Part shown: positions 1 to 10,942 of the stretch, piece by piece
How the letters are laid out: every line of letters starts with the position of its first letter
Position numbering within the stretch: position 1 is the stretch's first letter
From: an uncultured delta proteobacterium
GTDB lineage: Bacteria > Myxococcota > Myxococcia > SLRQ01
Direction: 5' to 3'
Assembly (NCBI GenBank): GCA_963727485.1
Contig: CAVSGM010000002.1
Location: 384,001 to 448,000 of the forward strand
Length of the DNA: 64,000 bases
Made by a program: the position numbers and the translations under genes
Notes under the pieces: model-generated
Seen by the model: only the letters and a program-made list of their open reading frames with translations
Databases searched by the model: none
What the model was told of the DNA's origin: nothing

Positions 1-529
1 CAGGTCGCCACCTGCCCCGGGCCCGCCGGGCAGACGTGGCCGCAGGCGCCGCAGTTGGCCGGGTCGCCCGCGATATCGGTCTCGCAGCCGTCGGCGGCGG
101 AGACGTTGCAGTCGGCGAAGCCGTCGGCACAGAAGTAGGCGCACCGGTTGCCGGCGCAGGCCGCGGTGGCGTTGTCCGGCGCGGTGCAGGCGTGCCCGCA
201 GCTCCCGCAGTTCGCCGGATCGTGGGTGGTGTCCTTGCAGTGATCGGTCCCGTCGCTGGCGGTGCACCGGGTGAGGTCGGGGCCGCAGGTGGTGCCGCAG
301 GTCCCGCCGGCGCAGACCTCGCCGTCGGTGCAGGCGTTCCCGCAGGTGCCGCAGTTGGCGTTGTCGGTGTTCACGTCCACGCAGGTGCCCGAGCAGACCT
401 TCGAGGGGCTCTTGCAGTGCTCGGTGACCGCGGCGCCGCCGTCGGTGCCGCCGGTGCTGCCCCCGCCGCAGGCGGCGAGGAGGAGGGACAGGAGGGCGCG
501 GAAGCGGCCAGGTACCTTGAGGTGCGCAT
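1..529 (-). CDS. Cys-rich repeat lipoprotein (myxobacterial type); runs off the window start; frameshift near the N-terminus
   Basis: ATG at 529. Joining frames gives MRTSRYLAAS..LLSLLLAACGGG (lipobox), then repeats such as CVDVNTDNANCGTCGNAC and DGCETDIAGDPANCGACGHVC. Confidence 0.75.
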
Positions 530-554
530 GGTTCGAGTCTCCGAGTTGCTGGCG

Positions 555-2154
555 CTAGCGCACCCAGGTCTGGAAGTTGGCGTCCCAGGTCGAGCTGCCG
601 GGGCAGGTGGACCCACGCGCGTTGGAGCAGCCGTTCGCGTAGCCGCTGCGTGATGGTGAGGGCGCCGATGGTGGTGACGAAGTTCAGGGTGTAGGTCTGC
701 CCGGCGGTCTGGGGAATGACGACGTCGAGGGGCACGTGGAAGAGACCCGGGACCTTGTTGCAGGCCTGCACCGCGGGGAGGCTGCCGAGGAGGGTGCCGC
801 CCGTGCCGGCGCCGTCGTAGACCTCGAGGGTGTAGGTGGAGCAGCCGCCCCCTTGCGCGTTCCAGAAGGCGACCTGCCCCAGGGACCGGTGATGCCGGCG
901 ACGTAGGTCTGGTAGGCGGCCCCGCGACGCCGATGGTCGTGGTGCTCGTCGGGTCGTAGGGGAACGACTGGTCGAGGGTTCCCGCCGGCGGGGGCACGCA
1001 GGTGCCCGCCGCTGCACACGTCGCCACCGGTGACAGGCGCGTTGCAGGCCCCGCAGTTGGCGGCGTCGGTGTTCAGGTCGACCTCGCAGCCGGTGGTGTA
1101 GTCGGCGTCGCAGTCCGCGTAGCCCGAGGCGCAGCTGAGGACGCAGGCGCCGGCGGTGCAGGTGGGGCCGGTGGTGTTGGCCTCGGAGGCGCAGGCGTTG
1201 TCGCAGGTCCCGCAGTGCTGGGGGTCGGTCTGGTCGTCGACCTCGCAGCCGTCGGTCGCGTCCTTGTTGCAGTCGAGGTAGCCGGTGTCGCAGGTGAGGC
1301 CGCAGCCGCTGGTGGCGTCACAGACCGGCGCGCTGTTCGCCTGGGTGGCGCAGGCGTCGGCGCAGGCGGTGCAGTCGGTGAGGGTGCCGAGCGGCGTCTC
1401 GCAGCCGTCGCTGGGGTCCGAGTTGCAGTCCGCGTAGCCCGAGTCGCAGGCGATGCCGCAACTGGCCGGCGGTGCACGACGCCGACTGGTTCGGCCCGGC
1501 GCCGGATCCGGCACAGGCGTTGCCGCAGGTGCCGCAGTGGGCCGGGTCGGTGGCCAGGTTCACCTCGCAGCCGTCGAAGGGGGCGTTGTTGCAGTCGGCG
1601 TAGCCCGGGGCGCAGGCGATGCCGCACACGCCCTGGGTACAGGTCCCGACCTGCCCGGGCCCCGCGGGGCAGACGTGGCCACAGGCGCCGCAGTTCTCCG
1701 GGTCGTTTGCGACGTCGGTCTCGCAGCCGTCGGCGGCGGCGGCGTCGCAGTCGGCGAAGCCAGCCGGGCAGACGAAGGCGCAGGTGCCCCCGGCGCAGGT
1801 CCCCGACGGCGTTCGTCGGGGCGGTGCAGGCGTGGCCGCAGCTGCCGCAGTTCGCCGGGTCCACGTTGGTGTCGGCGCAGTAGTCGCTCCCGCCGGTGAC
1901 GGTGCAGCGGGCCAGGTCCGAGCCGCAGGTGGTGCCGCAGACGCCGCCGGCGCAGACCTCGCCGTCGGGGCAGGCGTTCCCGCAGCTGCCGCAGTTGGCC
2001 TCGTCGGTGCGCGGGTCCACGCAGGCGCCCCCACAGACCTTCGAGGGGCTCTTGCAGTGATCGGTGCCGACGGCTTGCCGGCGCTGCCGCCGCCACAGCC
2101 GGCGAGGACGAGGGACAGGAGGGCGCAGGCAGACAGACAGCGGGCCGTGTGCAT
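555..2154 (-). CDS. Cys-rich repeat lipoprotein with a C-terminal beta-rich domain; paralog of the adjacent gene; several frameshifts
   Basis: Starts MHTARCLSACALLSLVLAGCGGG (lipobox). Repeated GYADC..DGCE..L.TD..HCG.C units are spread over ORFs 1318-2262, 1073-2218, 684-1514 and 371-1027. Ends TWDANFQTWVR* at 555. Confidence 0.75.
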
Positions 2155-2321
2155 TGCGCGGGTCTCCAGGATGAGGGTTCGGGGTGGCGGGCCAGGAACT
2201 CCGGCGACCCGTTCGCAACCACGGTCAGTTTCGAGTGGGCCACAGCCGACGTGTTCTGACAATCAGCAGCATTCCATCGAGGGTTCTCCCTGGGTTCCCG
2301 CGAACCGGTATGCTGCGCACA

Positions 2322-3094
2322 ATGACCGAACCGCCCTCCGTCCCGCCCGCGCCGCCGCCGAAGAAGACCAGCGGCCTGGCCATCGCCGCCTTCGTCCTCT
2401 CGCTCATCCTCTGCTTCCCGCCGCTGTCGATCCTCGGGGCCATCCTGGGGATCGTGGCCCTGGTCCGGATGGGCGGGCGCCCGGAGCTGGGCGGGAAGAC
2501 CCTGAGCATCGTCTCCATCCCCCTGGGCGCGCTCTCGGTGGTGGTCACCGGGGTCCTGGCGGCGATCCTCATCCCCAACTTCGTCTACTTCAATGCCCGG
2601 GCGAAGACGGTCGAGGCCAAGGGCAACCTCCAGGCCCTTGCCACCGCCGAGATGAGCTACCAGGCGGAGCACTCGGCCCTCACCGCGGACATGGCCGCCA
2701 TCGGGTTCCGGCCCGAGCACAGCAACCGGTACGCCTACTTCCTGGCCGCGAGCGGGCCCACCGAGCGCCGCGGCACCACCGCGTCGGTCCCGCCGGCGCA
2801 CCCGGTGATCATCGACGTCGATACGGGGAAGTACCCGTACCTGCACGCCTTCGCGACCTTCGCCGAGACCGGCTGCCCGCTCGGACCGCCCGGGCCGACG
2901 GGGGCCCGCCCCTCGCCCTGGGCGTCAGCGGCGCCGGCGCCCAGGCGGCGTTCCTCGCTGCCGCCGCGGGCAACGTGGACAACGACGCCACCATCGACTG
3001 CTGGTCGGTCTCCAGCGTCACCCGGCGGACGCCGAGGGGCGCCACGATCGCCGCGGGCAAGCCCTTCCACGAGCAGGACGACGTCCACCACTGA
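2322..3094 (+). CDS. DUF4190-like membrane anchor fused to a type IV pilin (PilA-like) globular domain; one frameshift near 2900
   Basis: KTSGLAIAAFVLSL..LGAILGIVAL (DUF4190-like), then GVLAAILIPNFVYFNARAKTVEAKGNLQAL..IGFRPEHSNRYAY and AAGNVDNDATIDCWS, resembling myxobacterial PilA. Confidence 0.7.
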
Positions 3095-3129
3095 GGTCCC
3101 GCCCGCGACGCCCCGCCCTAGGCGAGCCC

Positions 3130-5118
3130 CCTCCCACGGTCGGGGTAACGGACCCTGGGCTCGTTCGTACGACCTTTCGGCAGTCGGTGTTCCACCAGAA
3201 GCTACTCCCCAGCGCCGGGACCCGGATGCCGCTGGGCGGCCCCTACCTCGACAGGCCGCCATGGGCCAGATCGCCGGCTGGATTCTGCGCCGGGGCGCCG
3301 CCCCCCGGGGCCGCCACCGACGGCGGGACCCCGACGACGGAGGCGTCCCCGACGGAGGGACCGCAGATGGCGGGACCTCGGACGGGGGCACGCCGACGGC
3401 GGGACTCCGGCGCCGGTCGATCACCGCCCTCACCCCCAGCCAGGTCTTCGCCGGCGACGGGGCCTTCACCCTCACCCTCACCGGCACCGGCTTCGCCAGC
3501 GACGCCACGGTCACCGTGGGCGGCGTGAACGTCTCCAGCCACCTTCGTGAGCGCCACCACCCTCACCGCCAGCGTCGACGCCGCCTCGACGCCGATGGCG
3601 CCACCCTCCCGGTGGTGGTCACCGACCCCACGCCCACCGCGGTCTCCAGCGCGCCGGTGGACCTGCGTCGTGGACAACCCCGCGCCGGTGATCACCGTGA
3701 TCCAGCCCGCCGCCGTCGCCACCGGCGGGGCGCCCTTCACCCTCCAGGTCACCGGTTCGGGCTTCGTGCCCGAGCGCCTCGGTCACCCTCGACGGCACCG
3801 CCGTGAGCACCACCTTCGTGAGCGCCACCGCCTCACCGCCGGCATGCCCAGCTTCCAGGCCCCGGGGAGCCACGCCATCGCGGTGGTGAACCCGGCCCCC
3901 GGGGGCGGGACCTCGGCGAGCGCCAGCCTCACCGCGAGCGCCACCACCGGGCCCACCCTCACCGGGCTCGCGCCGGCGAGCGCCGCGGCGAACACCGCGT
4001 TCACCCTGGCCGTCACCGGCTCGGGCTACGCGTGCCAGGGCCAGAAGAGCGTGGTGACCTTCGGCACCGCGACCCTCACCCCCACGAGCTGCACCCAGAC
4101 CAGCCTCGACGTGGCCGTGCCGGCGACCCCCGCGGGCACCTACCCGGTCACGGTCACCAACCCCGGCACCGGGATGACCAGCAACGCCGTGAGCCTTCGA
4201 CGTCTCGGCCCCCAACCCGGTGCCCACCCTCAGCGCCATCACCCCGGCCGCGGTCAGCGCCGGGAGCGGGGCCTTCACCCTCACCGTGACCGGCACCGGC
4301 TTCGTGCCCGCCTCCACCGTGGACGTCGACGGGAGCGCCCGGACCACCCACTATCGTGGGCGCCACCAGCGTCACCGCCGACCTCACCAGCGCCGACACC
4401 GCCTCCGCGGGGACCCACGCCATCAGCGTGGTGAACCCCGCCCCCGGCGGCGGGACCAGCGGCAGCCTCGCGCTCACGGTGGACGCGGTGAACCCGGTGC
4501 CCACGGTCACCAGCCTCTCGCCCTGCGGGACCTACGCCGGCGCCGCCGCCCTCACCCTCACCGTGACCGGGCTCGGGCTTCGCCAGCGGCGCCCAGGTGA
4601 CCTTCGCCGGCGCCCCGGTGACCACCACCTTCGTCAGTGCCACCCAGGTCACAAGCCGCCATCCCGGCGAGCTTGGTGGCCACCCCCGTCGCCGGCGACA
4701 TCGGTGCCGGTGGCGCGTCACGAACCCGTCCCCCGGGGGCGGCACCTCGGGTCGACCGTGGACTTCGGCCTCGCCACCCAGCAGGTGACCGTTCACCGCC
4801 GACGTCCAGACCGGCATCTTCACCCCCACCTGCGCCAAGAGTCGCTGCCACGTGACCGGTGTCCCCACGTCACCCATGAGCCTCGAGGCCGGGAAGGCCT
4901 ACGGCAACCTGGTCGGGGTCGCAGAGCACCGAGTGCGCGAGCGTCTGCGTGTCGAGGCCTGCGGCGCCGACCCCGGCCCGAGTAGCTACCTGGTCGCCAA
5001 GATCACCGGCACCGACATCTGCCAGGGCTCGAAGATGCCCAAGGTCGGGTCAGCTGACCGGCGCACCGAGATCCAGCAGATCACCGACTGGATCGCCGAG
5101 GGCGCGCCGAACAACTGA
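3130..5118 (+). CDS. IPT/TIG-repeat surface protein flanked by cytochrome c-like domains; heavily frameshifted; start not identifiable
   Basis: About five repeats of P.(I/L)T.(I/L).P...AG..FTLTVTG.GF...VVNP.PGGG. The C-terminus has TCAKSRCH..SYLVAKITG..KMP..ITDWIAEGA*. An N-terminal remnant reads QKL..RMPLGGPYL..QIAGWI. Confidence 0.6.
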
Positions 5119-5130
5119 CCGCCGGCGCTC

Positions 5131-6934
5131 CTAGCCGGCTTTGCGCGCCAGCACCCGGTAGGTGTTCGAGCGCCCCGGCGCGCGCCGGCCCGGCTCGGCG
5201 AGCTTGTCCAGGAGCATCCCCGCGGGCAGCAGCCACCCGAGGGTCGCCCACACCAGGTTGCGCCAGGCGCCCTGCCCCACCCGCTGCGGCCGCCAGGGCC
5301 GCCCGGGCCCCGGGGCCAGGTGCCCCAGCAGCATGATCGATGCCGCGGTCCAGTCCACCGCCTGGTGGGCCTCGCCCCGGTGCCGGGCGACGACCTGCGA
5401 AGCCGTGCTTCTCCAGGAGGCCCGCGAGGGTGTCGATGGGCACCAGGTGCTGGTGCTGGGGCTGGAAGTACGGGAGCCACCAGCGCCCCAGGCGCTTGCG
5501 GATGTCGCACTCGGGGTCCGGGACCTCGATGAGCAGGTGGCCCCCGGGCTCGAGGACCGTCGCCGCCGCCGCCACCTCGGCCTCGGGATCCCGGGTGTGC
5601 TCGAGGTAGTGGCTCATGCTCACCACGTCGTAGCCCCCGGCCAGGGACGGGGCGAGCTCCGGGAAGAGCCCCCGGTGGCCCTGGTCGATCCACCTTCGCG
5701 CCTCGGCCTCCTCCACAGCGTCGGTGAGGTCGAGGCCCTCGAAGCGGGTCTCGGGCCACCTCGGCCTTCAGCGCCAGCGGCAGGTGGCCGTGACCGGTGC
5801 CCACGTCGAGCCAGCGCCTCGGCTTCGGCACCGCCGTCGGCCACCAGGTCGCCGCGCTGCTCGTACTGGGGCGCCGAGAAGCCGAAGATCCCGTCGAGGC
5901 CCGCGGCGCCCAGGCCGTCGTAGAAGTCCCGGTAGTAGAAGTCGAGGCCGGCCAGCGAGAGGCGGGGGTTCTGGAACACGTGGCCGCAGCCCCGGCAGTG
6001 CTCGAGGCGGAAGCGCCCGGGCTTGTACTGGAAGAGGTCCGGGCACTCGACCTCGAGCTCCAGGTCGGTGGCGCCGCAGAGCGGGCAGTCGGCGCGCCGG
6101 GGGTCGAAGAAGGCGGTCCGTCCCCGCGGCCATCATCTCCGCGTAGACCGGGCGGCGCTCGGCCACCGGGTCCTCGCCCGCGGCGTGGGCCGGGCCGGCG
6201 AGGGTGTCGAGGACCTGCCAGACCACCAGGGGGACCCGGAGGACCACCGAGAGCAGGAGATCCCGGGGCCGCGCCCGGCGACCCGGCCACCACCAGCAGC
6301 GGCTGGAGGTGGAAGACCAGGAGGGCCGCCAGGCCGAAGGTCGGCGCCAGGGCGATGCTCGCCCCCAGGAGCCCCGAGGAGGATCACCTGGCCGGCGACG
6401 AAGGCGGGCGCCACCGGGCCCAGGGTCTCCCGGAGGATGGCGCGCTGGAGGCGCCCGGGGACCGGCGGGGCCACGAGATCCGGGGCCAGGGCGTGGCCGG
6501 TGGTCCGGGCGGCGAAGTGCTTGAGGCGCGCCCCGAGGCGGATGGCGGCGATGGCGTCGCCCGGGGCCTCGGCCTCGGCCCGGCGGGCGACCTCGGGATC
6601 CACCGCGAAGGCGGCGCCGGCGGTGCGGCCGCCGATGAAGGGGGCCTGGCGCTGGACGTCGGGATCGGCGAGGGCGAGGAAGCCCAGGAGGCGCTCCACC
6701 GGGAGATCGCCGGGGACCAGGTCGACGACCTCCAGGCCCTCGGCGCTGGCGTGGGCGGCGGCGGCGGCCACGGTGCCCGCGGGGACCTCGCACCCGGGGA
6801 CCGCGAGGATCACCGGGGCCTCGGGCCGGCGTGCCGTCGGCGCCGGTGAGGACCGGGAGGCGCCCCAGGCGGCCCCGGAGCCGGAGGGCGTCCACGACCC
6901 AGAGGAGCATGAGCACCAGCGCGACCCACCTCAT
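5131..6934 (-). CDS. Class I SAM-dependent methyltransferase with Zn-ribbon, fused to an N-terminal membrane domain; frameshifted
   Basis: Hydrophobic start MRWVALVLMLLWVV. CPLC..CRGCGHVFQNPRL, WLDVGTGHG (SAM motif I) and YDVVSMSHYLEH fall in successive frames. Start overlaps the stop of the glycosyltransferase. Confidence 0.75.
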
Positions 6935-8159
6935 GAGGCACCCGTCCCTTCCGCCCCCGCCCGTTCACTGCTGCCGATGGCCCGGCCCCGGCGCCCCGCC
7001 GCCCCGGCGAGGGCCTCGAGGCGGGACGCGGCCTCGTCGGCGCCCCCGGCACCCTGGAAGCTCGCCTGGATGCGCCGCGCCGCCGCCCGGTAGGCGCCGT
7101 CCTCGAGGACGGTGCGGAGGGCGACCGGCGAGCTGGCCCGCGGTGATACGCCCGAAGCTGCAGGCGCACCCCGGCCCCGGCAGCGACCACCTGCCCGGCG
7201 ACCACCGGCTGGTCGTCCTTCACCGGCGCCACCACCAGGGGCAGGCCGTGGGCCAGGGCCTCGCAGACCGTGTTGTGCCCGGCGTGGGTCACCACCGCGT
7301 CCACGTGGTCGAGGAGGGCCACCTGGGGGACGAAGTCCCGGCGGATGACGTTGGGCGGCAGCTCGGGGCACCGGTCCGCCGGGGCCACCAGGATGCCCTG
7401 CACCGGCAGGGACCCCAGGGCCTCGCAGGCGGCGGCGAAGAACCGCCGGCCCCGCTCGAAGTTCACCGTGCCCAGGCTCACCAGGACCTTGGGGCCGTCG
7501 GCGAGGGCGTCCCAGGGGAAGTCGACCTGGGGGCGGTCGGCGAAGGCCGGGCCCACGAAGGCATAGTGCCCGGGCCAGGGCCCCGCGCCCACCAGGGCCT
7601 CGGTGGAGAACACGACCACCAGGTGGGGTGAGAGGTCCGGGGAGCCGGGGGCCGGGTCGAGGCCCGCCTCGGCCTCGAGGGTGCGCACCTGCTGGTCGAG
7701 CCAGGCCTGCACCTTGGGCAGGCCCGCCAGGGGGTCGGTGATGGAGGCGGAGGTGGTGACGAAGCTGGCCCAGGGCAGGCCCCGGCGCCGGGCGACCAGG
7801 GTGCCCGCCAGCGTCTGGTGGTCGACGATCAGGGCGTCGGGGGCGAAGGCGTCCACCACGGCCTCGACCCCCGGCCGCATGGCCCGGGCCAGCGGCACCA
7901 GGAAGTCCTCCCAGAGGAACTTCAGGGACGCCAGGCCCCGGACGGTGTTGGCCCGGGCGGTCATCTTCTCCATGAGCGGCCTGGGCACCCGGTCGTCGAG
8001 CTCGTAGAGGGTGGCGCCGGCGGGGAGCCTTGGCCGCACCGCCCCCGGGTGCCCCACCCAGGCCACCTCGTGGCCCCGGCCGGCGAGGCTGGCGGCCACC
8101 GAGACGGTGGGGTTCACGTGCCCGGTGAGCGGGGGCACCACGAAGAGGAAGCGGCTCAC
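6931..8159 (-). CDS. GT1 (MGT/UDP-glycosyltransferase family) glycosyltransferase; frameshift near 7150
   Basis: N-terminal PPLTGHVNPT, VLVSLGT and the GT1 signature FVPQVALLDHVDAVVTHAGHNTVCEALAHGLPLVVAPVKDDQ. Confidence 0.9.
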
Positions 8160-8935
8160 GCGCCGGCCCCCCGGACCCAGGCCCCGAGGCGGTCCTTCAC
8201 GGTGTCGGTGGCCTCCCAGAGGACCGAGTGGCCGCAGCCGGGGAGCACCTCCACGGTGGCCCGGGGGAGCCTTTGGCAGAAGGCCTCGCCGACCGCCCGG
8301 ACGTCGGAATCGGCGCCGTAGAGGGCGAGCACCGGGGCCTCGAGGGCGGCGAGCGCGGCGGGGTCCACCGCCGGGGAGGCCTCGAGGTCGGCGAGGAGCG
8401 AGGTGCCCTCGACCAGGGCCTGGGCCTGGGTGGCCAGGCGGGTGCGCTTCCGGGCGCTGTGCCGGCCCGCCCAGGCGGCGAAGCGGTCGGCGATGAGGCT
8501 GTCCCGGTCGTCACCCTCGAGCCGAAGGGTGCCGGCCATCCGCGTGCCCCACCCCGGGTCCGGGACCAGGGCGTCCACGAGGAAGAGGCTCGCCACCGAC
8601 GCCGGCCGGGCCGCGGCGAAGGCCAGCGCCAGGAGGCCCCCGAAGCTGTTGCCCACCAGGTGCACCGGCCCGTCGACGCCGAGGCCGTCGAGGAGGGCCC
8701 CGAGGTCGGCGACCAGGTCGTCGAGGCCGTAGCCGGTGGCCGGGCGCGCGGAGAGGCCGTGGCCCTTGAGATCGTAGAGGATGGCCTCGGCGACGCCTTT
8801 GACCGCCGGCGCCGCGGCGAAGTACCAGCTCGAGAGGTTGTCCATGACCAGGCCGTGGACGAAGACCACGGTCTTCTCCCCGGCGCCGACGCGCTGGACG
8901 TGGTGGCGGACGCCCCGGAGCGCGAGATCAGCCAT
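8156..8935 (-). CDS. Alpha/beta fold hydrolase
   Basis: VFVHGL, YDLKGHGLS, nucleophile elbow GNSFGG, C-terminal GHS. ATG at 8935. Confidence 0.85.
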   Translation of the reverse strand: MADLALRGVRHHVQRVGAGEKTVVFVHGLVMDNLSSWYFAAAPAVKGVAEAILYDLKGHGLSARPATGYGLDDLVADLGALLDGLGVDGPVHLVGNSFGGLLALAFAAARPASVASLFLVDALVPDPGWGTRMAGTLRLEGDDRDSLIADRFAAWAGRHSARKRTRLATQAQALVEGTSLLADLEASPAVDPAALAALEAPVLALYGADSDVRAVGEAFCQRLPRATVEVLPGCGHSVLWEATDTVKDRLGAWVRGAGA

Positions 8936-9689
8936 CGAGGGCCTCCACCAGGGCCGCGGTGAGCCCCGCCGGGTTCTCGAGGGGCAGGTAGTGGCCGCCG
9001 TCGAGCGCCACCAGGCGCGCGCCGGGGACCACCCGGGCCAGGCGCGCCCCGGCGGGGAGGCAGGCGGACGACCGGCCGTAGACGGCGGTGAGGGGGGCCT
9101 CGAGGGCGGCGAGCTCGGCGTCGGGGACGTCGGCCTCGGCGGCCAGGTCCCGGGGGAGCGTGGTCCCGCCCACCAGGCCCGAGAGCTGGCCCAGGAGGCG
9201 CCGGGCCCGCCGGCCGCCGCCATCGAGGGCCGCCCGCTGCACCGCCGGGAGGCCCGCCACCAGGGTCGCCGGATCGGCGCTGGCGGCGACGGCGTCGATC
9301 TCGCCGAGGGTCGACGGGGGGAGCGGCGCGTCCACCAGGACCAGCCGGCGCACCTGCTTCGGGCGGTCGAGGGCGAAGCGCAGGGCCACCAGGCCCCCGA
9401 AGCTGTGGCCCACCAGGTCCACCGGCCCGGCAACCTCGAGGGCGCCGAGGAGGGCCTCGAGGTCCCCGGCCTGGGTCGCGACGTCGTAGCCGGTGCCGGG
9501 CCGCTCGGAGCGCCCGTGGCCGCGCAGGTCGTAGAGGACCACCCGGTGCGCCTTGGCCAGGGCCGGCGCCGCGGTGAAGTACCAGCCCGCCAGGCTCCCC
9601 ACCAGGAGCCCGTGGAGCATGACCACCGGGGGCCCGCTCCCGAGCTGCTGGACGTGGAAGCGCAGGCCGGCTGCGGGGATCAGCGACAC
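8928..9689 (-). CDS. Alpha/beta fold hydrolase
   Basis: VMLHGL, YDLRGHGRS, GHSFGG, GGHYLP. Confidence 0.85.
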   Translation of the reverse strand: MSLIPAAGLRFHVQQLGSGPPVVMLHGLLVGSLAGWYFTAAPALAKAHRVVLYDLRGHGRSERPGTGYDVATQAGDLEALLGALEVAGPVDLVGHSFGGLVALRFALDRPKQVRRLVLVDAPLPPSTLGEIDAVAASADPATLVAGLPAVQRAALDGGGRRARRLLGQLSGLVGGTTLPRDLAAEADVPDAELAALEAPLTAVYGRSSACLPAGARLARVVPGARLVALDGGHYLPLENPAGLTAALVEALDG

Positions 9690-9970
9690 CGGCCGATGAA
9701 CTCCACCACCTCGCCGACGGTGAGCCCGATGATGGCGTCCAGGTCCTTGTCGGCGAGCCAGCCGACGAAGTCCACGCCCTCGCCATAGCGGGCCTGCATC
9801 TTCTCGGCGAGGGCGACGAGCTCGATGCTCTCGAGCTCCAGGTCCTCGGAGAACGAGGTCTCGGGGCCGATGTCCAGCTCGTCTGCCCAGCCCTCGCCGA
9901 TGACCTCGCGGACGAGGCCGGCGACGGTCTGGAGGATCTCCTGCTCGGATGTCGATACCAGGGTGTCCAT
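9680..9970 (-). CDS. Free-standing acyl carrier protein
   Basis: 96 aa acidic protein with DLELESIELVAL (phosphopantetheine Ser) and LTVGEVVEFI; G-rich SD-like sequence before ATG 9970. Confidence 0.85.
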   Translation of the reverse strand: MDTLVSTSEQEILQTVAGLVREVIGEGWADELDIGPETSFSEDLELESIELVALAEKMQARYGEGVDFVGWLADKDLDAIIGLTVGEVVEFIGRCR

Positions 9971-10058
9971 CTCACCCCCTGGGTACCACGAATCCGAGGT
10001 CGATGCCGCATTCCGGGGCCTTACGGGCGACAGCCGGGGTCGGCTATCCTGCGGGCCG

Positions 10059-10904
10059 ATGCCGGTTGCCGACGACCACTCCGGCGGAGACCTCTCGGTC
10101 ACCGCCCTCTACACCTGCCAGACCTGGGCCTGGGGCGGCCTCCCGGGGGCCGAGCTGCTGGCCACCGCCGACAGCCGCCGGGTCTTCGGCGCCACCAACC
10201 TCTTCCTCGGCCTCGCCCGGCTCTTCCGGCCCCGGCTGCCCTCCCTGCGCCACTCCCTGGTGCTCCGGCACCTCATCCTCGACCACCTCACCGCCGAGGC
10301 CGGGAGCCCCCAGGTCCTCGAGCTCGCCGCCGGGCTCTCCCGCCGGGGCGTGACCCTCTCCTTGGACCCGGCGGTCACCTGCACCGAGGTCGACCTGCCC
10401 CCCATGGTCGCCCACAAGCGCGCCCTCCTCGCCGGGACCGAGGCCGGCCGCGCCGCCCTCGCCCGCCCCAACCTCCGCCTGGTCGAAGGCGACGCCCTCG
10501 ATGGCGCCTGGACCGGGCTCGTGGACCCATCCCGGCCGGTGACCCTCATCGCCGAGGGCCTCCTGGTCTACCTCGACGCCGAGGCCCGCCGGGCCCTGTG
10601 GCGCCTCGCCGCCGAGGTCCTCCGGGCCGCCGGCGGCGTGCTCCTCTTCGACCTGGTCCCCGGCGCCGAGGAGCCCCGCCCGGGCCCCCTCGGCCGGGCC
10701 CTGGGCTGGCTGATGCGCCGGTTCACCGGAGGCCGGGGCTTCGTCCGCGCCGGGGAGACCCGCTCCGAGCTCGTCGCCGACCTGGCCGCCTGCGGGCTCA
10801 CCGACGTGACCCTGGTGGAGCCGGCGACGGCGCCGGCGGGCTGGCAGCTCCCCTTCGGGGACCGGCGCACCCAGACCGTGGTCTTCCGCTGCGCCCCGCC
10901 GTGA
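10059..10904 (+). CDS. Class I SAM-dependent methyltransferase (leucine carboxyl methyltransferase/TcmP-like)
   Basis: QVLELAAGLSRRG, EVDLPPMVAHK, TLIAEGLLVYLD; TATCCT 8 nt upstream of ATG 10059. Confidence 0.8.
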   Translation: MPVADDHSGGDLSVTALYTCQTWAWGGLPGAELLATADSRRVFGATNLFLGLARLFRPRLPSLRHSLVLRHLILDHLTAEAGSPQVLELAAGLSRRGVTLSLDPAVTCTEVDLPPMVAHKRALLAGTEAGRAALARPNLRLVEGDALDGAWTGLVDPSRPVTLIAEGLLVYLDAEARRALWRLAAEVLRAAGGVLLFDLVPGAEEPRPGPLGRALGWLMRRFTGGRGFVRAGETRSELVADLAACGLTDVTLVEPATAPAGWQLPFGDRRTQTVVFRCAPP

Positions 10905-10942
10905 GACGGCCCGAGACCCCCACGCGTGCTAGCGTCCGGCCG

